Assembly: GCA_041640595.1 (NCBI GenBank)
Contig: JBEPZY010000003.1
Span: forward strand, 593,311-657,310
Length of the DNA: 64,000 nt
Origin: Gemmatales bacterium
GTDB taxonomy: Bacteria > Planctomycetota > Planctomycetia > Gemmatales > HRBIN36
Direction: 5' to 3'
This document shows, one piece after another, positions 20,752-29,256 of this stretch; position 1 is the stretch's first letter; each line of letters begins with the position of its first letter. The notes beneath the pieces were generated by a model, which searched no databases, was not told the origin of the DNA, and saw nothing but the letters and a program-made list of their open reading frames with translations. The position numbers and the translations under genes are program-made.

Positions 20752-21573
20752 TCATTCAAGACCAATTAGCTTCAACTGCGACAGTTTCCAGGGCAGGTCT
20801 TTGGAGGCGGGATCCTCGGCCTTGCCAGAGACAAATTCTATATCACAGGGACCTATTTGGCATTGAATGATCCATTTTTCGGATTTCGCATCCCAACGCA
20901 GGTCGGTAAGTTTGATTCCCCGTCTTCCGAGCAGCTGTTGGGATTCCCAATCCGCAAGACCCACGAATAGAGAGAGTTTTTCCCCGAGCGTAATTTGTAT
21001 CGAGCCTTCAACGCTGATCGGCAAGCTGTGCTGCCAGATGCTAGAAAAATACCTATGATGAACGATACTTTCCAACTGCCGTTCCTCCGGTTTTGCAGGC
21101 AACTTTGGTGGTGCGTCCGGGTCCCTAAGTGTTTTGCTCAGATCAAGCTGGTAAAACGCAATCTCACTCGGTCCGGCGATGAACGCCAGGCCTATACGGT
21201 CGCGGTCTCGGGCTACCACTCGGAAGTCGCGGGGTATATATTTTGGCTTAGTAAATTGGGTGTCGCGATAATTTTCAATATAGTTAACTTTCCAGACCTC
21301 TCTGCGTTCCAATTCGCTACTAACCACTCCACGCAGCACCACCCAAATCGCCTTGTAGGTTGTCCCCGGCGGGGCACCGTAATCATACTCCATTTTAACC
21401 TCTTCCATGTAAATCTCGAACTTGCGATTATCAGGCAATGGAAACGTAGCCACAGGCTTATTCGGAGAGCTACTCACCGGCTTACCCTCATTCGGCAAGA
21501 GCCTAGTCGTGCAGGCGAGGAAGAAAATTAATCCTGACGCGAATGCTGCTAATTGTTTTACACCTCTCAGCAT
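20752..21573 (-). CDS. Exported/lipoprotein-like hypothetical protein, candidate immunity/partner of the transglutaminase cassette
   Basis: AAGGAGG RBS; MLRGVKQLAAFASGLIFFLAC lipobox-like signal; directly follows cassette 1. Confidence 0.75.
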   Translation of the reverse strand: MLRGVKQLAAFASGLIFFLACTTRLLPNEGKPVSSSPNKPVATFPLPDNRKFEIYMEEVKMEYDYGAPPGTTYKAIWVVLRGVVSSELERREVWKVNYIENYRDTQFTKPKYIPRDFRVVARDRDRIGLAFIAGPSEIAFYQLDLSKTLRDPDAPPKLPAKPEERQLESIVHHRYFSSIWQHSLPISVEGSIQITLGEKLSLFVGLADWESQQLLGRRGIKLTDLRWDAKSEKWIIQCQIGPCDIEFVSGKAEDPASKDLPWKLSQLKLIGLE

Positions 21574-21643
21574 GGTTGACCTCCTTAGCGGTTCGTTATG
21601 GTTGCAGTTGAGTGATGAGGCGTTCTGCAACTGCAGCTAGGAA

Positions 21644-23302
21644 TCACAACTCCACAAATCTTGTTTCTATCCTTTTAGGGTCGTTCTTCTTGTAAAAGGT
21701 GCCGCCAAACCTGTCCTGTCCGAATCCATCTAGAGAAGCGTTTTCCCAGGCGTCTTGCGTCCTAAATGGGCCAGTGCCATAAGACGGATCGTAGTATTGA
21801 CCTTTAAGACGCACAATATAATGGTTGTAAAAATTGCTAGGGGGATCATCGTTTCCTTGTCCAGGAACGCCTCTCAGTTCCGTTACGTCAGTAGAGCGAT
21901 AAATGTATGGTTTCGTCGCAGGCGAGGTCGGTTTGCCAAAGCGCCAGTTCTTTACTAGTATCCGAGTCTCGGCAGGCAGTCCGTCAGGCGTCATTGGACG
22001 GCCAGCAGCATTGACTGGTTCGTCTATGTTGAATACATGCACTCGTTTCACGTCGGTTATACCTTGGGCGAGCATGATATCCCTCAAAAAGTACGCCCAG
22101 GAGCCGCACTGCCCGTTTGCGTGGGCTAAAAGTTGCTGTGTGTTGACCGCAGTGGCCCTGCCGCCATCCCAGTACCTCAATTGAGTGCCATCCACCCGGC
22201 GGACTTCCCGATCAGTGAAATCACTCCAAATTGCTGAGATAACATCCGATTCGTTTGCTTTGCCGTCAGCGTTCTTCGAGCCCAGATGCACCAGGGTATG
22301 GTATAAGTTCACCCCTGGTTTGAGGGCAGGGTCGGCAAAAGTAAGGTACAAAGGATTTTGCGTGGTCCCGGCCTTCGTCCAGGTTGAGTTGGCGCGCTGG
22401 CTGTCGGAGGTGGCTTGCCAGTCCAGCCTGAAGAGATTTGCACCAACGTAAGCTTGCACCACATTCGGAAATGCCACCGGCGACTCCGTCTCGTCAAGCA
22501 CGAGTTCAGTCGGGTTCGTCGGGTCCACGCGCACAGCCTTCGGCCCTACGTGAATCTGGAATCCCGTCGCAGGGTCCGCCGGCCCCGTCGCCATCACATA
22601 AATCGGGCCGCCACCCCACGCAGTATCTAAGACGAACCGGGCACTCACTTTTAACGTTGCACCCCGGGTGTAAGCGTATGGCCAGCTATGCTCACCCGCA
22701 TCCTCCGCATCCCCGTCTAAGTTTGTGTCCAACCAGTGTTCCGAACTATAGGCCACGTCGGGAGCTATTGCTCCAGTCGGGTCCAGCTCCGGGTCCCGGT
22801 ACACGGTATGCCCGCCGCTGAACGTTACCGACCGGCTACCAAGGATTTTAGCCGTGTGAACAACGACCGTTTGTGTCGCCTCGGCAACGCCATCACTAAC
22901 GGTGTACGTGAACGAGTCGTCCCCAGTGTGGTCGGCAGCTGGATAATAAGCAAAATCACCGTTGGGATTCATCACCAGATGAGCACCGGATGGGAGTCGC
23001 ATCCACTGCGGGAGTGGCTGATCGTCAATCTTGACCACGCGTAAGCTATCGCCATCGGCGTCCGTATCGTTCGCCAGGACGTTTCCCCAAACGGCACTCC
23101 CCGCCAGGACGTAATACTCGTCATTTACAGCCTCCGGAGCAGTGTTATGAACAGCAATCCAAGCCATAGCCAGGCCTAAAGCTATACCATCCGTAAACCC
23201 AAATACAAAAGCATCCGTGCCAGTATAACCAGCCGCCGGTGTATATATAAATCTGCCATCATCATTCAATACCACCGTGCCATTCGTCGGAGCGGAGATT
23301 GA
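21644..23302 (-). CDS. Cassette 1: Ig-like repeats plus C-terminal transglutaminase-like domain, in frame with the stalk ORF behind a single TAA
   Basis: NDTDADGD repeat; GQCGSWA, NHYIV and YYDPSYG give a Cys-His-Asp triad; the frame continues directly from 23302. Confidence 0.75.
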   Translation of the reverse strand, partial: SISAPTNGTVVLNDDGRFIYTPAAGYTGTDAFVFGFTDGIALGLAMAWIAVHNTAPEAVNDEYYVLAGSAVWGNVLANDTDADGDSLRVVKIDDQPLPQWMRLPSGAHLVMNPNGDFAYYPAADHTGDDSFTYTVSDGVAEATQTVVVHTAKILGSRSVTFSGGHTVYRDPELDPTGAIAPDVAYSSEHWLDTNLDGDAEDAGEHSWPYAYTRGATLKVSARFVLDTAWGGGPIYVMATGPADPATGFQIHVGPKAVRVDPTNPTELVLDETESPVAFPNVVQAYVGANLFRLDWQATSDSQRANSTWTKAGTTQNPLYLTFADPALKPGVNLYHTLVHLGSKNADGKANESDVISAIWSDFTDREVRRVDGTQLRYWDGGRATAVNTQQLLAHANGQCGSWAYFLRDIMLAQGITDVKRVHVFNIDEPVNAAGRPMTPDGLPAETRILVKNWRFGKPTSPATKPYIYRSTDVTELRGVPGQGNDDPPSNFYNHYIVRLKGQYYDPSYGTGPFRTQDAWENASLDGFGQDRFGGTFYKKNDPKRIETRFVEL

Positions 23303-23374
23303 TTACGCCCAGAAAACGCTGGGGCTTGAAAGCATTGGCACGGTGATAGCTTCGCCGTCGGGATCGTAGCCGTA
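23300..23374 (-). repeat. Junction repeat copy 1 (contains the 42-nt element at 23300-23341)
   Basis: Minus strand GTGCCAATGCTTTCAAGCCCCAGCGTTTTCTGGGCGTAATCA. Confidence 0.9.
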
Positions 23375-24217
23375 GAGCTGGCCGACCAACTCGCGGTCGT
23401 GCAGCACGCTGAAGCTGGCGTCGTAGGCATACGGCGCGTTGTTCGTGATCAGGATGTTAACCATCGCGGTGTAGCTGTCTAAGTCGTCGCTAATCGTCAG
23501 GCTGAACGAGTCGGTACCAGTAAAGTTTGGCGGTGGGGTATAGCTAAATGTGCCGTCCGCCCATACGGTTAGCGAGCCACCCGACGGCAGGCTCATCGGC
23601 TCCCCGTAACTAATCGCCTGACCGTTGATGTGAGTAATGCGTATCGCGTCGCCGTCCGGATCATAAGCACCACTAAGTAAGTTGCCCATTAAGTCCCGAT
23701 CGTGCAGGATACTAAACTCCTGGTCGCCTAACTGCGGCATATTGTTGAACACATTGATAGTTACCCAGGCCGTGCTCTCAGATTCCCCGTCGCTGATCGT
23801 ATAGCTAAAACTTACCTGCCCCTTATATCGCAGCGTCGGCGTAAAGGTGAAACTGCCATCCTGCTCGACGGTGAGATAACCGTAAATCAAGTCGCCATCC
23901 TGCAAGGTAATCTGCGTGCCGGGTGTATAGGTCTGACCGTTGATGCGGGTGATGCTTAGTGTGTTGGCGTCGGGATCGTAATCGTTCGACAGGAGGTTGG
24001 CGAACAGTGTGGTGTCGTGCAACAGGTCGAACCAATCGTCCGCGGCGAAGGGCGAACTATTGCCTAAACCGTTGGGAGCATTGCGATCCTCTAACATTTC
24101 GACCCTCAACCGAACCTGACTCGGCGGACTTAGATGCCGATTGCGTTTGAGCCGACTCCAGAGTTCACACCACCAGGCGCGCAATCGCCCGTGTGTGTGT
24201 GTGCTCGTTCCAGGCAC
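23303..24217 (-). CDS. Exported Ig/cadherin-repeat 'stalk' protein with a planctomycete export motif
   Basis: RLRVEMLEDR motif; NDYDPDA, AYDPDGD and GYDPDGE repeats; the likely true ATG (24243) is out of frame. Confidence 0.8.
   Translation of the reverse strand: MPGTSTHTHGRLRAWWCELWSRLKRNRHLSPPSQVRLRVEMLEDRNAPNGLGNSSPFAADDWFDLLHDTTLFANLLSNDYDPDANTLSITRINGQTYTPGTQITLQDGDLIYGYLTVEQDGSFTFTPTLRYKGQVSFSYTISDGESESTAWVTINVFNNMPQLGDQEFSILHDRDLMGNLLSGAYDPDGDAIRITHINGQAISYGEPMSLPSGGSLTVWADGTFSYTPPPNFTGTDSFSLTISDDLDSYTAMVNILITNNAPYAYDASFSVLHDRELVGQLYGYDPDGEAITVPMLSSPSVFWA
24191..24203. repeat. (GT)6G / (CA)6C microsatellite in the 5' end of the stalk gene
   Basis: gtgtgtgtgtgtg read directly. Confidence 0.9.
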
Positions 24218-24360
24218 ACACAGCGGTCAACGAAGCTCATCATGGCTAGCCTCCTCTTGGGAACAGACCGAAGGGGAAATCTGCGTCGGGTCGCCTGATG
24301 CCCGCGTGCCCGACTCCCGATAGGCACCGACCGAAGTGGAGACGGCCACCAACCGCAGCC

Positions 24361-24444
24361 CAAGCGACTGCAATCGCAGGTAAAGCAACCGCAATCGCAG
24401 CTCAAGCGACCGCAATCGCAGGTGAAGCGACGGCAATCCAAGCT
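24361..24444. repeat. Four tandem 21-bp repeats
   Basis: caagcgactgcaatcgcaggt / aaagcaaccgcaatcgcagct / caagcgaccgcaatcgcaggt / gaagcgacggcaatccaagct. Confidence 0.9.
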
Positions 24445-24640
24445 GAAGTTACCAAAAACCACGCCGCCCTCCGGAGCAAACGACAAAAATTTTTACTGCG
24501 GCGGTAATTTTCGGCAAGTTGCGGACTGTGCATAGGTTACGGAGGCGGCGGACGGGCCCGATCCGGCAATTGTGCGAAACGCAGAAAGGGGACCCGACAA
24601 AGGGGCCCATAGCCAAGGCAAACTCTAATCCCGGGTCAGG

Positions 24641-24757
24641 GCGAGAAAGTGCTTTTCGACCGGTGCGGAATGTAAAGGGAGAAATACAGACCAACATGTC
24701 GAGCATTCATGGTCGCGAAAAAGTGTTATTCGGCCGGTGCGGAATGTAAAAGGAGAA
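24641..24757. repeat. Pair of 43-bp direct repeats (74-bp period)
   Basis: 24641-24683 versus 24715-24757, 5 mismatches. Confidence 0.8.
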
Positions 24758-24771
24758 CAGAGTCAGCGGGG

Positions 24772-26208
24772 CTAATACTTAGGGAGGATGTTTTTGATGC
24801 CTTCGTCGAGGGGCATCTTATCGGGCCAGCCTTCGGTTTCTTTGAGCAAGCGTTCTAATTCCGCCTGTAATTCAGCGACCTTACCGGCGTATTTAGGATC
24901 ATCAATCAGGTTATGGCGTTCCAGGGGGTCGCTTTTGAGGTGGTATAGTTCTGCCTTGTGTCGGTCGGGTTTACCGTCGCCGTGAGGATAACGGATGTAT
25001 TTCCACTCTTCGGTACGCACGCCGCGAACGTTGGGAGTATAGGGGAACTCTTTTTCGTAGTTATACTCGTAAAGCCAGCTGGTGCGCCAGGGAATCGCTC
25101 GCCCTTGCAGCAAAGGTTTCCAGGAGCGTCCGTGACAGTATTCCAGGGGTTTTGCGCCGCAGATATCTAAGATGCTGGGAGCAAGGTCTATATTGAGTAC
25201 CATCTGCTCGACAGTTGAGCCGGGACGTGCCAGTTTCGGATAGCGTACTAATAAAGGGACGCGGATACTCTCCTCGTACATAGTGCGTTTATCCACGCGG
25301 CCGTGCTCACCGAGAGCAAAGCCGTTGTCGCTGGTGAAAATGATCACGGTGTTGTCGAGCTGGCCGGTGGTTTTCAAGGTCTCGTAAATACGGCCGACAC
25401 TGTCATCCACGGAAACCAGCGTGGCGAGATAATAACGCACGAATTTCGGATACTCTTTCAAGCCGTACAAGGGGCCCCCGATACCATGCCAGGTAGGGCG
25501 ACACAATTTGAGCCATTCCGGTTTGCCGGTGTAATCATCGGCGGTAACCGGTCGTGAAACCGGTTGGGCGTCGAAAATCCGCTCATATTTAGGTTCCGGA
25601 ACGATCGGCCCGCCATGGGGAGCTTTGTGTCCGAGGATGAGCAGGAAGGGTTTGTTTCTTCGTTGCCGCAGCCAGTTGACCGCGTAATCGGTAATCACGT
25701 GGGTATAGTAGCCTTTGATGAGCTGACGCTGGCCATTGATGTTGAACTCGTTGTCGAAGTAATTTCCCTGTCCGCGATGGCTCATCCAGAAATCGAAACC
25801 CGGGCGAGGCTGATCCTCCTGTTCGCCCATGTGCCATTTGCCGATATAGGCAGTTTCGTAGCCGAGCTCGTGCAAACGACGGGGATAGCTGGGAAGGTGG
25901 TTGGGGTAATCGGTGAAGTTATTGAGAACCCCGTGGCGATGGGCATACAGTCCGCTCAGCATCGAGGCCCGACTCGGCGAGCATAAAGCTGTGGTGACAA
26001 AGGCATTGGTAAACCGCACTCCCTCGTGAGCCAGGCGGTCTATGTTGGGCGTCTTGAGAAACGGATGGCCGGCACAACTCATGGCATCCCAGCGCTGATC
26101 GTCGGTAATGATGACCAGCACGTTGGGGCGATCGGGTTCGGCTGCGAAAAGGCCGGTGGTTACCAGCAGCCCGCTCAAGAGCATTATCCAGGACACAAGC
26201 CGACGCAT
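24772..26208 (-). CDS. Formylglycine-dependent sulfatase
   Basis: Signal peptide; PNVLVIITDD, CSPSRAS and GKWH motifs. Confidence 0.95.
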   Translation of the reverse strand: MRRLVSWIMLLSGLLVTTGLFAAEPDRPNVLVIITDDQRWDAMSCAGHPFLKTPNIDRLAHEGVRFTNAFVTTALCSPSRASMLSGLYAHRHGVLNNFTDYPNHLPSYPRRLHELGYETAYIGKWHMGEQEDQPRPGFDFWMSHRGQGNYFDNEFNINGQRQLIKGYYTHVITDYAVNWLRQRRNKPFLLILGHKAPHGGPIVPEPKYERIFDAQPVSRPVTADDYTGKPEWLKLCRPTWHGIGGPLYGLKEYPKFVRYYLATLVSVDDSVGRIYETLKTTGQLDNTVIIFTSDNGFALGEHGRVDKRTMYEESIRVPLLVRYPKLARPGSTVEQMVLNIDLAPSILDICGAKPLEYCHGRSWKPLLQGRAIPWRTSWLYEYNYEKEFPYTPNVRGVRTEEWKYIRYPHGDGKPDRHKAELYHLKSDPLERHNLIDDPKYAGKVAELQAELERLLKETEGWPDKMPLDEGIKNILPKY

Positions 26209-26407
26209 AGTTCTCTCCTCCTGGCCAGTTGGTTTTCGGACATGGCTATTGTGTATGCGACAGGGCCAGTGGCCAGGCTCGGCACAGAGCCGCCGCATTT
26301 TGTTCCAAGCATGCCGCCTAACCCGAAAGGTACTTGTCTTGTGCGTGAGCGGCAATAACCTAAACGGTAGCGGCCAGTTCCGGCGGAGTACCACAAGGGA
26401 GTCAGCC

Positions 26408-26815
26408 ATGGCGCGGCGGTCGGGCAAGGCAAAGAAGCAGGGCAAGACAACCAGGGTATCCCGGCGGCGGAGCAAACGCCCTCCCTCAGACCACACAACG
26501 CAACCCCAACAGGAGCACGAAATGGAAGCTGAACCTCAATCCCCTTTGCAGGAAGCTCGTCAAGAAGAGACCGGTGAAGAAGCTGCCGCCACGAAGGTCA
26601 AGAAACCTCGCAAGGTGGCCAAGCCGAAAGCTGCTGTCCGGATGCGTGTGGTTTGGGGCGTGTTCAGCAGTTCCGTGCAGTGCGTGCAGACTTTTCCGTA
26701 TCCGCAGAAACGAGAAGCGGAGACGCTGGCCGCCAAACTGACCGCCGAGAAAAAATCGCCTTATTTCGTGCAACCGATCAAAGAACCGATCCCTGAAGAA
26801 TCTGCCGCCGACTAA
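26408..26815 (+). CDS. Hypothetical protein (basic/acidic N-terminus, compact C-terminal domain)
   Basis: AAGGGAG RBS before MARRSGK; protein-like C-terminus RMRVVWGVF...YFVQPIKE. Confidence 0.7.
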   Translation: MARRSGKAKKQGKTTRVSRRRSKRPPSDHTTQPQQEHEMEAEPQSPLQEARQEETGEEAAATKVKKPRKVAKPKAAVRMRVVWGVFSSSVQCVQTFPYPQKREAETLAAKLTAEKKSPYFVQPIKEPIPEESAAD

Positions 26816-26883
26816 AGCATTGGTCTGCGGCAGATACCGAGCGCCAGTAAATTTGCCGAGAAAGACGGTGCGGAGGAAGGGCG

Positions 26884-27720
26884 TTATTCCGGCCGCTCGG
26901 AGATGAGGGTGAGTATCCGCCGCAATTTGGGACCGATGAATAGCACGTTGCGCACGGTAAGTTCGTCCTGCGAGATTTCCGGAGAGCGCAGGCCGGGCAC
27001 CATGACCAGATCGCCGCTGCCCAGACCGAGAATGACATGGCGGAACAGGTCATCCCGCAGCTTATCGAAGTGCATACCGGTGGTGTCATAGGATTTGACT
27101 GCACCGGTCAACCACCAGATGTGCCGCACCTGTCCCGGGGCGATTTCCCAGTAACTGAGCCGGTCATAAATGAAAAACGCAACAGCCCACAAAATAAGCA
27201 GCACCGTTGAGAAAAACATGTAAAAGCCCATGTTCATGTGGATGGAAAGCAAGCCGAACCAGTCCGATATCTTGTCCCACCATCCCATCAGCGAGAAAAA
27301 CAATCCCAGCGCGATGACCAGCAACATCACCACCATCGAGTAAAGACCGCGCAACGGTACATTGGTGATGAAAATGACCAGAAGCAGCAGAATGGTGTAC
27401 AGCACGCCGGGATTTTTATCTTCCGTGACGCGCTCGCGCAACAAGAATTCGCGTCCCTTCTTTTGCTGGTCATCGGCTTTGGGGTCGCCCACTTGAGCGA
27501 TAATTCGGCTGCGGGAGTTTTCGCCGACCAGTCGCACTTCCATTTTGCCGTGCTCTTTCAGCTCGCGGGCGCGAACCGGCAGTAGATACGTATCGCTGAA
27601 CCAGGTGTAAATGCCGAACGCATAGCCGAAGACCCAGAGCGGCCAGAAGTAGAAGATCATGGAGTGGCCATAAATGCGTATGGTTTTCACTTCGCCCGGA
27701 ACTGCAGGTTTCTGGCTCAT
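26884..27720 (-). CDS. Hypothetical membrane protein
   Basis: About 4 TM segments; GGAG RBS before MSQKPA. Confidence 0.8.
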   Translation of the reverse strand: MSQKPAVPGEVKTIRIYGHSMIFYFWPLWVFGYAFGIYTWFSDTYLLPVRARELKEHGKMEVRLVGENSRSRIIAQVGDPKADDQQKKGREFLLRERVTEDKNPGVLYTILLLLVIFITNVPLRGLYSMVVMLLVIALGLFFSLMGWWDKISDWFGLLSIHMNMGFYMFFSTVLLILWAVAFFIYDRLSYWEIAPGQVRHIWWLTGAVKSYDTTGMHFDKLRDDLFRHVILGLGSGDLVMVPGLRSPEISQDELTVRNVLFIGPKLRRILTLISERPE

Positions 27721-27990
27721 GGTTGGCTCCGCAATTCGCCCCTTGCCGAGCCGGGCCGGGTTCGATCGCGGCAGGTCACCCGCCCGCGGCATCTGGGGCT
27801 GATATGCTCTTATGTTGCCGCAAAGCTGCGATTTGTCAAGGAAAAACCGCCATCAGGGATGCTCACTGGATCAATCGCCGATCGCCGGTGAAAATTGTCG
27901 GGGATGGGCCTGACCACGAAAATCCGCCAGAGGCAATCCCGATGGTGCTAAAATAAAAAGCGTGGCTTACCAACAACAGGAGCGAAGCGC

Positions 27991-29184
27991 ATGGGACTTT
28001 CTTTATCGGCGATGGCGCGGCAGATTCAACCGTCGGCAACGCTGGCGGCTGGAGCAAAGGCCAGGCAACTGCGAGCCAGCGGTGTGACGGTGTACGATTT
28101 CAGCCTCGGCGAACCGGATTTTGCCACTCCGGAACACATTTGCCGGGCCGCTTTCGAAGCGATGCAAAAAGGCTATACGCATTACACACCGGCCAACGGG
28201 ATTCCGGAATTGCGTTCGGCCATCGCCGCGTGGTACGACCGCCACTACGGTATCCGCTACAGTCCTGAAGAGGTGATCGTTTCCAGCGGTGCCAAACACG
28301 CTATTTACAACGTGGTAGCGGCTCTGTGCGGGCCGGGCGACGAAGTGATCATGCCGGCTCCCTGCTGGGTGAGTTATTGCGACATTGTTCGCATGACCGG
28401 GGCCCAACCGGTACTGGTGCCGACCGACCCGCAGGATCATTTCAAACTTACCCCGTCGCAATTGCGTTCCGCCCTTACGCCGCGATCGCGGTTGCTGTTG
28501 CTTAATTCGCCGAACAATCCGACCGGGGTGGTGTACACCCGTGCCGAGTTGCAAGCCCTGGCCGATGTCGTGCTCGATTCACCGCTGGCAGTGCTCAGCG
28601 ATGAGATTTACGAATATCTGGTGTACGACGGTGCCCAGGCCACATGCTTTGCGACCCTGCGGCCGCAATTGCGCGAGCGAACCTTCACGGTCAGCGGCGT
28701 GAGCAAAACCTATGCGATGACCGGCTGGCGTATCGGCTGGGCCTGCGGTCCTGCCGAAATAATCCGCGCCATGGGCAATATCCAGAGCCAGCAGACCGGC
28801 AATCCCTGCTCGATCAGCCAGTATGCAGCGCTGGCGGCATTGACAGGCGATCAGAGTTGTGTGGAGCAGATGCGCCAGGAAATGGCACGCCGAAAACAAT
28901 TTGTCTGCCAGCGACTGCAGGAGATTCCGGGAGTGCGGTTGATTCCGCCGCAGGGAGCGTTTTATGCGTTTTTTGATGTCTCGGCCCATTTTGGCAGGCG
29001 CTGGAACGGTCAGGTCGTGAACAACTCTGCGGAATTCTGTCTGGCGGCTCTGGAGCTGGCCCATGTGAATCTGGTGCCGGGCTCGGCTTTTGGCAGAGAA
29101 GGATATGTTCGCCTGTCTTTCGCCTGCCCGCTTGCCGATCTGGAGGCGGGTCTGGATGCGCTGGCAAAATTCCTGAAGCGCTGA
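27991..29184 (+). CDS. PLP-dependent class I aminotransferase (aspartate aminotransferase-like)
   Basis: GEPDF, NSPNNPTG, DEIY and SKTYAMTGWRIG motifs. Confidence 0.95.
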   Translation: MGLSLSAMARQIQPSATLAAGAKARQLRASGVTVYDFSLGEPDFATPEHICRAAFEAMQKGYTHYTPANGIPELRSAIAAWYDRHYGIRYSPEEVIVSSGAKHAIYNVVAALCGPGDEVIMPAPCWVSYCDIVRMTGAQPVLVPTDPQDHFKLTPSQLRSALTPRSRLLLLNSPNNPTGVVYTRAELQALADVVLDSPLAVLSDEIYEYLVYDGAQATCFATLRPQLRERTFTVSGVSKTYAMTGWRIGWACGPAEIIRAMGNIQSQQTGNPCSISQYAALAALTGDQSCVEQMRQEMARRKQFVCQRLQEIPGVRLIPPQGAFYAFFDVSAHFGRRWNGQVVNNSAEFCLAALELAHVNLVPGSAFGREGYVRLSFACPLADLEAGLDALAKFLKR

Positions 29185-29256
29185 TGATCGGGTTGCCGGG
29201 CAGGCGCGAACGAGAGTAAAACCGGGTCGCTCTCCACCGCACACGAGGGCACGAGC

